Positions 31,021 through 40,520 of a stretch of 64,000 bases of DNA are shown piece by piece. Positions within the stretch are counted from its first letter, which is position 1. The number at the start of each line of letters is the position of its first letter. A program made the position numbers and the translations under genes. Source of the stretch: a virus; the IMG/VR virus record IMGVR_UViG_3300045988_019421, positions 1 through 64,000 of that record; one strand, given 5' to 3'. The notes beneath the pieces are model-generated. The model saw only the letters and a program-made list of their open reading frames with translations. It ran no database searches and was not told the origin of the DNA.

Positions 31021-31635
31021 ATGGCTAAATATAATAACTTATTAATAGATAAATGTCGTACTGTTGATTGGAAAAAGACACTAGAGAATAAAGGTTATTC
31101 TTACTTTGATAAAGGTAAGTATAATCTTAATCTTATTGGTGTTCGTTCCAAAGAACATGGTAATGAGTTCAATGATGTTTTTATAATTGATTATTGGACA
31201 GCTAATGGTAAGAGATATACTCCTATATATCCTTGTACTACTGACCCCGGCTATAAAAGTCTTACTAATCCTATTAATATTAAAGGTTGTGCAATTCTAG
31301 TTCCTGGTCAGTATCGTGGTTGTTTTAAGAAAGGTTATCATAAGGGACAATATCTTGCTCTTGTTCAACATAAACCTGTTAAAGTATTCCGTGATGCTAA
31401 TAAAGATTTTTATCTTGATTGTGATGAATCGACAATAGAAGAAGGAATGTTCGGTATCAATATTCATAAAGCAGGTGAATCAAGTGTTGTTGTTGATGGT
31501 TGGTCTGCTGGCTGTCAAGTTCTAGCTAGAAGTATGGATTTCAGAGAACTTATGAATATAGTTAACTTAGCAATTCCTTTGTGGGGCGATGTATTTACTT
31601 ACACGTTGTTAGAAGAAAAAGACTTAATAATATGA
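31021..31635 (+). CDS. putative cell-wall hydrolase / endolysin candidate (YkuD-like His...SxGC signature)
   Basis: GINIHKAG ... GWSAGCQVL resembles the L,D-transpeptidase/peptidase catalytic His and Cys arrangement. Membrane-protein ORFs follow directly. Confidence 0.4.
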   Translation: MAKYNNLLIDKCRTVDWKKTLENKGYSYFDKGKYNLNLIGVRSKEHGNEFNDVFIIDYWTANGKRYTPIYPCTTDPGYKSLTNPINIKGCAILVPGQYRGCFKKGYHKGQYLALVQHKPVKVFRDANKDFYLDCDESTIEEGMFGINIHKAGESSVVVDGWSAGCQVLARSMDFRELMNIVNLAIPLWGDVFTYTLLEEKDLII

Positions 31636-31967
31636 AACTAAAGAGTATTGGAATAGGACTATTAATAGTAGTAATCCCATTTGTTATAATTGGAGTATTA
31701 AACAATTTTGTTTTTAATAAGGAAAATGTAGAAGTCCCACTTATCGTTCCTGATACTATATATCAGGAAATAAAAACAAAAAGAGATAGTTTACAACTAG
31801 TAATAGATTCTATTCTCAATACTCTTAATAATACTAATCAGTATGAGAAAGAATTTGATAAAGCAATTAGTGATACTGATAGTATTGCTATTCTCGAACG
31901 CTTCATATATCTTGTGTCAAAACCAATCAGAGTTGAGAATCCAAAGGTTGGAAACGAAGGTAGATAG
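31632..31967 (+). CDS. membrane protein (111 aa), holin or i-spanin candidate
   Basis: ATGA overlap with the upstream stop. N-terminal TM segment IGIGLLIVVIPFVIIGVL, then a helical region. Confidence 0.5.
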   Translation: MKLKSIGIGLLIVVIPFVIIGVLNNFVFNKENVEVPLIVPDTIYQEIKTKRDSLQLVIDSILNTLNNTNQYEKEFDKAISDTDSIAILERFIYLVSKPIRVENPKVGNEGR

Positions 31968-32313
31968 TTTACAGCAATCCTACTCCTTTATGGGGGATGG
32001 CGGAGCGAAGCGACGCCTAGATAAAGAAGTATTAAGAATAGCCAATGCAAAATTAATACTTTCAGAAGAGTATAAAAGTCAATATGAATCCTACAAGAAG
32101 TTATACGAACTAAAAATTAGAGATAGCTACTTGCAGGATTCTATTATATCTAAGCAACGTGAAGAAATAAAGAGGATAACAATACTAGGAAATCAAGCTA
32201 TTGTTAATCTTAATAAGGAATATAATAAGTCTAAAAGGTATAAGAAGCAACGTAATGGATTCATAGCTAGTACAAGTGTGCTAGCTATTCTTGTTGCTAT
32301 ACTATTAAAATAA
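31843..32313 (+). CDS. spanin-like protein (N-terminal signal-like segment, coiled coil, C-terminal TM); alternative start at ATG 31989 inside motif copy M12
   Basis: It overlaps 31632..31967 by 125 nt in another frame. It has a C-terminal FIASTSVLAILVAILLK. The N-terminal LLFSNASYILC is only weakly lipobox-like. Confidence 0.4.
   Translation: MRKNLIKQLVILIVLLFSNASYILCQNQSELRIQRLETKVDSLQQSYSFMGDGGAKRRLDKEVLRIANAKLILSEEYKSQYESYKKLYELKIRDSYLQDSIISKQREEIKRITILGNQAIVNLNKEYNKSKRYKKQRNGFIASTSVLAILVAILLK
31983..32017 (+). repeat. M12: composite motif copy, forward
   Basis: ctcctttatggggga tggcggagcgaagcgacgcc. It sits 16 nt after the stop of 31632..31967. Confidence 0.85.
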
Positions 32314-32325
32314 CTAATTATAAGT

Positions 32326-34623
32326 ATGGAACTTAGTGAATATCCCTTTTATCAATTCTATTATGAAGAAGATAAAGGAAATAAATATAAACACGCAAGA
32401 GACTGTGGATATAAAGACCCATTCGACCATTTTTTAATAGGAGAAAGTGGAGGGTTCTTAATGAATATTGACCCACATAAGCGTTTTGTTAATACAGACC
32501 TTCTACGTCCTGCTGCTGTTACTTATGAGAAGGAAGGAGTTTATACTAAATTTGCAGTAGATAGTATGCCTCATATAAACTTTCGTAAACAGGAAACTCT
32601 ACGTAGACTTGTTGGTTTTAAAGCTCCTTGTCTTATGGATACTAGAACTGGCGAGATAGAAGATGTCTATATTACTGGTGAACATTATAATTTTATTAAT
32701 TATGGTCGTATTCTTAAACTAGATACTAAAACACTTCGAGTAGAAGAAGGTAAAGTTACTGGTCGTAAGATAAGAGGATTTCCTAGATTTATTGATTGCC
32801 AATGGTGGTACTTCTTAATTAAACAGTTTTGTCGGGAGAACGGTTTGTTCCTTATTAATGATAAGACAAGACGTGGTGGATTTAGTTATATGGAAGCTAT
32901 TGGTTCTGCTAACTTTATTAATCTTACTCCTAACCGTGCTGTTATTCATGCTGCTAGTGATAATAAGTTCTTGGTTCAATCAGGTGGTTTATCTGACTTT
33001 ATGAAGAAACAAATTATCTTCTATGAATCTAATACTCCTTTTGCTAGAGGTATAGCTAAGATTGATGCTAGTGATTTTATCTTAGGTTACAAAGACCCTA
33101 GTACAGCTATTATTGATGATAACAGTTGGAATAGTGCTTGTATATCTGTATCTACTAAGAATAATCCTTCTGCTGCTGTTGGTAAGGATGCCGGAGAAAT
33201 CAAATGTGAAGAGATGTCAGAGTTTGAGAACTTTGATGATTTTATGGATGTAACTGAACCTACTCTAAAGACTGGCTCTGTTACTACTGGTTTTCTTAAT
33301 GCTTGGGGTACTGCTGGTAAAGCTAACGCAGGTTGGGTAACATTTGAACAAAATTTCTATGACCCTAGAGGTAGAAACTTTATGGCATTTGAAAATGTAT
33401 GGGATAAAGATAGTAGACCGGAAGTATGTGGTTACTTTAAACCTTATTGTTGGGGACTTGAAGGTTATAAGATTGGCGATGATAATCAAATTGCTACTCT
33501 TACTTCTCTTGATGATGATGGTAATTCTGATATAGCTCTTGGTTTTCAGATAGCAGAAGAAGAACGTGCCGCTGAAAAAGCTAAGAGTAAATCATTTGCT
33601 AAGTTTATTAGTTATTGTGGACAATATGCTAATATGCCTAGTGAATCATTTAGTTCTGTAAGTGAGAATATATTTAGTAGTGAGATATTAGATGAATGGG
33701 AACAAGAACTAAAGATGTCTAATAAGTATAACTTCTATATAGATGGTAAGTTTGTAGAGTATGATTCAGATAATTTCGAGTTTATTCCTAATGAACGTAT
33801 TGCTGCTACTGGTGGTGTATTTAAGAAAGACTACTTTGATTATATTAAGAATGTTCCTCGTCACTCTAATGAAGACCCTGAAGGTTGTATTCGTAAATGG
33901 TTTAATCCAATTAAAGTAGAATACATAGATAAAAAGACAGGTCAGCTAACTAAAGGTACTCCTCCGGGAATATATAGTATTAGTTATGACCCTGTTGGTA
34001 TTGATAAAGATAAGAAAGAACTTACTAATAAACATTCACATAATAGTATTAAAGTTTGGATGAATCCTTGTATATATAATGGTTATCGTCCTAGATTATG
34101 TGCTGTATATTATGGTCGTCCTGATGAACTAGAAAAAGCAGATAGAATCTGTTATTACTTTGCAGTTACTTATAATTGTCTTGGTACAACTAATGTCGAG
34201 ATTAATCGTGGTGAAACAGTTAGTAATTTTAAGAAGTGGAAAGCTATTAGATACTTAGGTTATCATCCAGTTCATTTATGGGATACTAATATTAATACTA
34301 AGAAGATTAATACTATTGGTTATGATATTAGTAGTGAAACAGTTAAACTTGATGGTCTTCGAATGTTAAAGGAAATGTTGTATTCCCCCATAGGGAAGTT
34401 CGAGGATGGTCGTGATATGCTTGTTCTTCATACTATATATGATTATCAGTCAATACTAGAGTTAAAGAAATGGTCTAATACTGGTAACTTTGACCGTGTA
34501 TCTGAAATGATTGTTCGTGGTATTGAATGGGCTGCTAATGATAAGTTTGCTAAAAAGCAGCTTGAACATAGACAGAGAGTGCAAACAGAGAAAGAAAACT
34601 TTTGGAATCGTAAACGTTATTAA
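32326..34623 (+). CDS. terL: terminase large subunit (probable)
   Basis: 765 aa, positioned just upstream of the portal. It has a deviant Walker-A-like DKTRRGGFS and an RNaseH-like nuclease signature SISYDPVGIDKD in the C-terminal half. Confidence 0.6.
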   Translation: MELSEYPFYQFYYEEDKGNKYKHARDCGYKDPFDHFLIGESGGFLMNIDPHKRFVNTDLLRPAAVTYEKEGVYTKFAVDSMPHINFRKQETLRRLVGFKAPCLMDTRTGEIEDVYITGEHYNFINYGRILKLDTKTLRVEEGKVTGRKIRGFPRFIDCQWWYFLIKQFCRENGLFLINDKTRRGGFSYMEAIGSANFINLTPNRAVIHAASDNKFLVQSGGLSDFMKKQIIFYESNTPFARGIAKIDASDFILGYKDPSTAIIDDNSWNSACISVSTKNNPSAAVGKDAGEIKCEEMSEFENFDDFMDVTEPTLKTGSVTTGFLNAWGTAGKANAGWVTFEQNFYDPRGRNFMAFENVWDKDSRPEVCGYFKPYCWGLEGYKIGDDNQIATLTSLDDDGNSDIALGFQIAEEERAAEKAKSKSFAKFISYCGQYANMPSESFSSVSENIFSSEILDEWEQELKMSNKYNFYIDGKFVEYDSDNFEFIPNERIAATGGVFKKDYFDYIKNVPRHSNEDPEGCIRKWFNPIKVEYIDKKTGQLTKGTPPGIYSISYDPVGIDKDKKELTNKHSHNSIKVWMNPCIYNGYRPRLCAVYYGRPDELEKADRICYYFAVTYNCLGTTNVEINRGETVSNFKKWKAIRYLGYHPVHLWDTNINTKKINTIGYDISSETVKLDGLRMLKEMLYSPIGKFEDGRDMLVLHTIYDYQSILELKKWSNTGNFDRVSEMIVRGIEWAANDKFAKKQLEHRQRVQTEKENFWNRKRY
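34384..34398 (-). repeat. M13: degenerate motif copy, reverse
   Basis: tcccccatagggaag. In terL, read as SPIGK. Confidence 0.55.
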
Positions 34624-34625
34624 TT

Positions 34626-34892
34626 ATGAGTTGGTTAACAGAAAGCAACAGGTTAAAACATTTCCTCTACGCAATCCCATGTGGATTACTAGGAATAATG
34701 TTAGTAGTAGGCTTAGCCGTAGGCATGGAATTTAAAGATAAAATGTATGGCGGTAAGTTTGATTTCTTGGATATTTTAGCTACATTGCTTGGCGGAATGA
34801 TAGGATTCGTATTAATGCTAGTTATAGTAATAAGTACGGGTGCTATTAATTGGTACATTAATATACTTATTAAACTAAGCGAATTGTTATGA
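34626..34892 (+). CDS. small membrane protein (88 aa)
   Basis: Three hydrophobic segments; translationally coupled on both sides. Confidence 0.6.
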   Translation: MSWLTESNRLKHFLYAIPCGLLGIMLVVGLAVGMEFKDKMYGGKFDFLDILATLLGGMIGFVLMLVIVISTGAINWYINILIKLSELL

Positions 34893-37321
34893 TTGATGCT
34901 AAGCTAAATGCTCGACTTGGGGACATGCCTAAACAGCGTGTCCCTAATTCTGAAAAGGATGAATATTGGGCTGGTAGAACAATAGATTATTGTATTGCTG
35001 CCGGACTAGCGTGTAATGATAGAACTAAGACAGAACAGCTTCTTGAAATACTTCATGGAGAAATGCCTGATGAGTTCTATCGTAAAACACTTAATCCTTA
35101 TAATGCTACGAAGGAAAACTTTAAAAGATTTCCTGCTACTCTAAGGAATCTTGATATTATTAATGATGTAGTTCGTCGTTATTTATCAGAATATGTTAAA
35201 TCTCAACATGAATTTATTGTTGGTGCTAATAATCCTGAAATCATTATGGCTCGTGATGCTGCTATTCGAGAAGATATAGTTAAGCGAGCTATGTTAGCGT
35301 TTCAACAAGAACTTCAAAGGAGAATACAGCAACAACAAGCTGAAAATGCTCAACTAGAAGCTCAAGGACAACCAATACAAGAGGTTGACCCTGAACAATT
35401 AGCAGCTGATGCAGAAGAGTTTGAAAAGAACTTTATTGATAATTATATAGATGAAATAAGTGCACAAGCTCAACAACTATTAGAAATTATTGATGATGTT
35501 CTTAATAACGAGACAATAATTCCAGTCGAATACTTTAACTATATCGTTACAGGGGAAGTTTATAGTTTCCATACTGTTCGTGGTAAAAAACTAGTTAAAG
35601 AGTGGGTTCCAACTACTGATATGTTTCCTGTTCCTAATGGAGAACAAATGGTATCTAAGTATGATATTGTAGCTCGTAGAATGTTAATGAGTTACAATCA
35701 GGTAATAGACCAATTCTCCGATGAATTATCAGATGAACAACTAGAGTTTATAACTAAATATTATAATCCTAGTACAGTTGGTGCTACTCGTACACTTAGT
35801 CTTAATGCTTATACTTATTATTTCCCTGAAAAGTGTAAAAGCTATGAGAACGATAATAGAGAGATATTCCCTTCTGATGGTTATGATTTAAGATTAAAGA
35901 ACGGAGAACTACTTGAAGTATGGCATGTTAATTGGAAAGGTTATACACAAGTTAAGATACTAAAGTACATTAATGAGGTAGGATTAGCTGATGAGATGAT
36001 TGTTCCTGATGATTTTGAATTTAATCCTGAACTCGGACATATTGAGATAACTTCTGTATATAAACCACAAGTTTACGAAGGTTATCGTATAGGAGGTCAA
36101 CGTTTTGGTATATATCCAGGTGGTGCTAAACCTATTCCTTTCCAATTAGACGACGATGTTAGATTGCAGTATTGTGGACTTCAAGAAGTACTTCCTCAAA
36201 TGGGAAGATTCTCTATTGTAGAAATACTTACTCCATTTCAAATATTAATCAATATCTTCTCTTATCATAGAGAGATGATGATAGCTAAGAACAAGATGTT
36301 TATTCTTGTTGCAGCTAAATCTTTATTTGGAGAAGATGCAGAAGAAGCTATTTATAATATAGCAGCAGAGGGGATATTTCCTTATGATGATGCAGAAGAT
36401 ATTAATAGTACTAAAGCACAATCTATTAAAATGCTTGATGCTAATATATCTGGTTATATTACTGAAATATCTAATCTTATTGAATCTATTAAAGCTAGTG
36501 CTCGTGAAATGGTAGATATGACACCACAACGTTATGGACAAATAGCAATTAGTGCTGGTAAAGGTACAACAGAAGAAGCTATTATTCGTGGTTCAATGGG
36601 TACAGTTATTATTAACTATATGTTCGATAAGTTCCGTGAGGACGAATATCTAATAGATTTAAATAATTCCAAGTTAGCTTGGATAGATGGATTAGATACT
36701 TCTTACTATGATAAGTCAGATAGAAAGCAATATGTCTCTCTTAATGTAAATAATCATACTCTCGGACAATACGTAATCAAAGCTAAAAACTCTGATAGAG
36801 AAACAGAGAAGTTTGAACAACTTAAAGAGTGGGCTTTCAACGCTAGTCAAAATGGAGATTTAATGTCTGCTGTTGCTGCTATTACTTCCGGTAATATATC
36901 CAGTCTTAAACTAGCTATTAATCGTTATCAAGAGATTCGTCAGAAGAATGAAGAATCGCTTAGACAATTAGACCAACAATTAGAAGAAGCTAAGAATAAA
37001 GCTGTTCTTGAACAGATAGCTGCTAAGGGGGAACAAGATGCTAGGCTAGCAGAAATCAAAGGTTATTATGATTTACTTGCTAAAGGAATGGATACAGAAG
37101 CTGCTATGGCTGCTTTAGCTAATCAACCTGTGCAAACTGCTTCACAAGATAATTCTGCTGAACTATCATTGAAACAAGCTGAACTAAATGAAAAGAAACG
37201 AGCTAAGGATTTAGATATGATTAACTCTGCATTAGATAGAGATAATGAACTAAAGATAGCTAAAGAGAATAAGAATAAATATGATAGTCCTAAGTCTAAA
37301 TCTAGTTCTACTAAGAAGTGA
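34889..37321 (+). CDS. portal protein (probable)
   Basis: 810 aa, positioned between terminase and capsid genes, with a long coiled-coil / K-rich C-terminal tail. A strong terminator follows. Confidence 0.55.
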   Translation: MIDAKLNARLGDMPKQRVPNSEKDEYWAGRTIDYCIAAGLACNDRTKTEQLLEILHGEMPDEFYRKTLNPYNATKENFKRFPATLRNLDIINDVVRRYLSEYVKSQHEFIVGANNPEIIMARDAAIREDIVKRAMLAFQQELQRRIQQQQAENAQLEAQGQPIQEVDPEQLAADAEEFEKNFIDNYIDEISAQAQQLLEIIDDVLNNETIIPVEYFNYIVTGEVYSFHTVRGKKLVKEWVPTTDMFPVPNGEQMVSKYDIVARRMLMSYNQVIDQFSDELSDEQLEFITKYYNPSTVGATRTLSLNAYTYYFPEKCKSYENDNREIFPSDGYDLRLKNGELLEVWHVNWKGYTQVKILKYINEVGLADEMIVPDDFEFNPELGHIEITSVYKPQVYEGYRIGGQRFGIYPGGAKPIPFQLDDDVRLQYCGLQEVLPQMGRFSIVEILTPFQILINIFSYHREMMIAKNKMFILVAAKSLFGEDAEEAIYNIAAEGIFPYDDAEDINSTKAQSIKMLDANISGYITEISNLIESIKASAREMVDMTPQRYGQIAISAGKGTTEEAIIRGSMGTVIINYMFDKFREDEYLIDLNNSKLAWIDGLDTSYYDKSDRKQYVSLNVNNHTLGQYVIKAKNSDRETEKFEQLKEWAFNASQNGDLMSAVAAITSGNISSLKLAINRYQEIRQKNEESLRQLDQQLEEAKNKAVLEQIAAKGEQDARLAEIKGYYDLLAKGMDTEAAMAALANQPVQTASQDNSAELSLKQAELNEKKRAKDLDMINSALDRDNELKIAKENKNKYDSPKSKSSSTKK

Positions 37322-37369
37322 ACACTAAGTTATAATTAGCTATATACCATTCTCTATGATTCAGACGTG

Positions 37370-37395
37370 CCTACGGAACTTTCCGTAGGGTTTTT
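37370..37395 (+). terminator. intrinsic terminator after the portal gene
   Basis: CCTACGGA ACTT TCCGTAGG stem, then GTTTTT. Confidence 0.85.
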
Positions 37396-37691
37396 CGTAC
37401 CCATAGAATCGACGTAGATAGCATTTCCTTCGCCTCTGTTGCATTTACCCTATAAAATGGATGAACTGTAAAGGAAAGCATTAAAATGCCGTGACGGGTC
37501 TTAAAATGGCTCATTCTTTTGCCCTGTATCGAACGCAAAATTTCTGCTAATAAGATTAACTCTAGTAATACTTAAATACGAATACGGGCAATTCTAAACC
37601 TAATAATAAGGGTATTCAGACTAGTAAGAGTTTGCTTTCTCATATTATTAGATTACATTTGAGTGAAAGTAATAATCAAAACATATTTATT

Positions 37692-39002
37692 ATGGGAACT
37701 TTTAGTAGTAATAATGATTTAGATTTAAGTACTGGTAGTATTGATAATGGCGATACTACTAATACTGGAGGTCAAGGTACTGGCTCTGGTGCTAACGGCA
37801 ATCCTGCCGGACAGGGACAACAAGGTGCTGGACAAGAAGGACAACAAGGACAAGGTGGAAGTGCTGATACTAGTACTGTTGATAATGGAGGTGAAAACCA
37901 ACAGGGACAACAGGGACAAGGAGAAGGACAGCAAGGAAGCTCCTCTACGGGGGAAGAAGTGGTATTATCAGAAGGTGATACTGTAAACGTTGATGGTGTA
38001 GATTATACTATTGATGCTAACGGTAATGCTCTTGCTGCTGATGGAACTGTGTTCCGTACTGCTGCTGAACTTGCTGAACTTATATCTCAAAATGGTTCTG
38101 AACCAAGTATTCTTGAACAATTACAAACTCGTTTCGGTTCTGATTTTAAAGATGAAAATGGTAATCCTATTGTATTTGATAATAATACAGAAGGTGTTGC
38201 TGCTTATGTTGATACAGTAATTCAGAATAGAATTGCAGAAGCTCAAACTGCTGCTCTTAATAATCTGTTTGAAACTTATCCACAAGTAGAACAAGTTATC
38301 AATCATCTTAAACTTAACGGTACTCTTGAAGACTTCGTAGAAATTCCTGATAGAAGTCAAATTACTGTTAGTAAAGATAACGAAGAACAACAAGCTACTT
38401 TCATTCGTGAAGAATGGAAACTTAGCGGTAAAAAAGGAGATGTAAATAAATTCATTGACTATTGTAAGAACGCTGGTATTCTTTATGATACTGCTGTTGA
38501 ATCTAAAGAAGCTGTTGATAGCATTTATGAATCTCGACTTGCTGAACAGAAAGCACAAGTAGAAGCTAAAGAAGCTGCTGCTGCTGCCGAAGAGAAAGCA
38601 TATTGGGATAATGTAGAAAAGACTATTAGTAAAGGCGAACTATTAGGTTATAGTATTCCTGAACAGATTCAATGTAACAAAGACGGAAAGAAAGTAATGC
38701 TTAGTCGCAAAGACTTCTTGAAGTATGTGTCTACTCCTGTTGACAATGAAGGTAATACAGCTTATATGTTAGACGAAGCTAAAGTTGATTCTAATGCTCG
38801 TATGCAGGATGATTTACTTAAAGCATTTCTTAGGTTTACTGGTGGCGATTATGCTAGTCTTGTCGGTATGGCTGTTAACAAGCAGAAAGTTCTATCTATT
38901 AGAACTACCGCAGCACAAACTACTGGTAAAAGGACTGTTATTATCAATAGTAAAGGTAATAATTCTAAGACAGTTGATAATGACCAACTAGTCTTGAACT
39001 AA
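37692..39002 (+). CDS. structural or scaffold-like protein with a G/Q-rich low-complexity N-terminus (436 aa)
   Basis: The track ORF starts at TTG 37632. I prefer ATG 37692 (MGTFSSNNDL...). Residues ~25-90 are GQGTGSGANGNPAGQGQQGAGQEGQQGQGG.... It lies immediately upstream of the MCP. Confidence 0.6.
   Translation: MGTFSSNNDLDLSTGSIDNGDTTNTGGQGTGSGANGNPAGQGQQGAGQEGQQGQGGSADTSTVDNGGENQQGQQGQGEGQQGSSSTGEEVVLSEGDTVNVDGVDYTIDANGNALAADGTVFRTAAELAELISQNGSEPSILEQLQTRFGSDFKDENGNPIVFDNNTEGVAAYVDTVIQNRIAEAQTAALNNLFETYPQVEQVINHLKLNGTLEDFVEIPDRSQITVSKDNEEQQATFIREEWKLSGKKGDVNKFIDYCKNAGILYDTAVESKEAVDSIYESRLAEQKAQVEAKEAAAAAEEKAYWDNVEKTISKGELLGYSIPEQIQCNKDGKKVMLSRKDFLKYVSTPVDNEGNTAYMLDEAKVDSNARMQDDLLKAFLRFTGGDYASLVGMAVNKQKVLSIRTTAAQTTGKRTVIINSKGNNSKTVDNDQLVLN
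37940..37954 (+). repeat. M14: motif copy, forward
   Basis: ctcctctacggggga. Read as SSTGE. Confidence 0.8.
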
Positions 39003-39018
39003 CTAAATTAAAACGAAT

Positions 39019-40494
39019 ATGTACAAATTAAGAGAAGTCGAAAGAGGTAGATATGATGATAGAGGTTACTCTAATGAGCAATCTCTTGCTGCCTTAATGA
39101 TTCAAAAACCGGAAGAGATTAACAACTTCCTGACTTACACTTATGGTATGGAAGATGACCGATTCCCGCTAACTTTCCTTACAGAAGGACAAGGTGCTGC
39201 TGGTGTTCGTGATATTACTACTGTTGAGTGGACTTGGAAGACAATGGGTCGTCAGAGATTCAATGATTACATTGTTTGGGCTGATACTGGTGATACTACT
39301 CCGGGTATTGGTGGTAAACCTATTAAGGTTGAGTTTGCTACTGGTCTTATTATTGAACAGTACGGTTTGCTTGCTCCTGATGGTAAGACTGCTGTTCGTG
39401 TAATGCGAGACCATGGTGCAGGTAGTCATGGTGGACATTTGTATTCTTTGCAGTTAAAGAATCCAGATAAGAGTGCTTATGTTGACCCTGCTAATCTTGA
39501 AAAAGGTAAGTATTGGTGTATGTTAGCTCCGTCTATTCCTGAATCTTATTCTAAGGGTAACAAGACTAATGTAATGGGTCCTGGAGTTATGAAATCCCAG
39601 CTAGGATTCAAGCGTTATAGCAAGGAAATTGCAGGTAACATTAGTAATGTTATTGTTAGTTATGCTTTCAAGACTAAAAGCGGTGGTACTGATACTCGTT
39701 GGATTAATGAAGAAATGCGCCAGTTCGATGTTCAGATGCGTATCTCTAACGAGATTGATTTATGGACATCTCGTTACAATCGTACTGTTAATGGTACTAT
39801 TGATATGAAGGATTGGGATAATGACCAACCAATTCCTGAAACTGCCGGTATGTTTGAAATCCTTGAAGAATCTAACTACGATACTTATGGTGAATACTTG
39901 CCGCTTAGCAAGCTAAAAAGAACTATTGGTGACGTAGTTGATAAAGATACCGATACTGGTTCTATGGAGATTACTCTGTATGCAGGTAAAGGTGGTATCG
40001 AAGATTTCGATATGGCTATCCGTGAAGATGTTAAGTCCGAAGGATTCATTACTCCACTTGGAGAGAAAATGATTGGTGAAGAAGGCGGTGGTCTTACTTA
40101 TGGTAAATACTTCCGTAAATATAAGACTATTGACGGACATACTGTTACTTGTATTCATCTTCCTTTCTTGGATAAATCTCCTATTGCTGAAACAGCAAAA
40201 GCTAATGGACTTATTCATCCTCGTACTGGTTTACCTATGACATCTCACAAACTGATGTTCATTGACAACTCTGTATATAATGGAAATCGTAATGTTCGTA
40301 TGGTACGTATGAAAGGTCAGTCTTACCTTGTTGGTGTATTGAAAGGTCTTACTCCTATTCCACCGTCTTGGGGTTCTGTTCCTAGCAATTCTATATCTAC
40401 GGATATTGATAAATCTCAATATGAAGTTAAGATGTCTCGTGGTCTGCAAGTAGATAGACAAGAGAAGATGTTCATGTTGGAATGCGTACTCTAA
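39019..40494 (+). CDS. major capsid protein (probable, HK97-fold size class)
   Basis: 491 aa; terminase-portal-X-MCP position; GC-richer, highly-expressed-looking codon usage. Confidence 0.6.
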   Translation: MYKLREVERGRYDDRGYSNEQSLAALMIQKPEEINNFLTYTYGMEDDRFPLTFLTEGQGAAGVRDITTVEWTWKTMGRQRFNDYIVWADTGDTTPGIGGKPIKVEFATGLIIEQYGLLAPDGKTAVRVMRDHGAGSHGGHLYSLQLKNPDKSAYVDPANLEKGKYWCMLAPSIPESYSKGNKTNVMGPGVMKSQLGFKRYSKEIAGNISNVIVSYAFKTKSGGTDTRWINEEMRQFDVQMRISNEIDLWTSRYNRTVNGTIDMKDWDNDQPIPETAGMFEILEESNYDTYGEYLPLSKLKRTIGDVVDKDTDTGSMEITLYAGKGGIEDFDMAIREDVKSEGFITPLGEKMIGEEGGGLTYGKYFRKYKTIDGHTVTCIHLPFLDKSPIAETAKANGLIHPRTGLPMTSHKLMFIDNSVYNGNRNVRMVRMKGQSYLVGVLKGLTPIPPSWGSVPSNSISTDIDKSQYEVKMSRGLQVDRQEKMFMLECVL

Positions 40495-40520
40495 GTTAAA
40501 CAATTAAAATTGAAATTATA

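Noticed and set aside
38121-38558. 145-aa minus-strand ORF inside the plus-strand 37692..39002 gene, and many similar nested antisense ORFs in the track (e.g. 10822..11166, 40231..40503, 43382..43666, 30043..30336)
   Set aside because: They are I/F/N/S/K-rich reverse-frame products typical of AT-rich genomes. They lie entirely within longer ORFs that have recognisable motifs or consistent operon structure.
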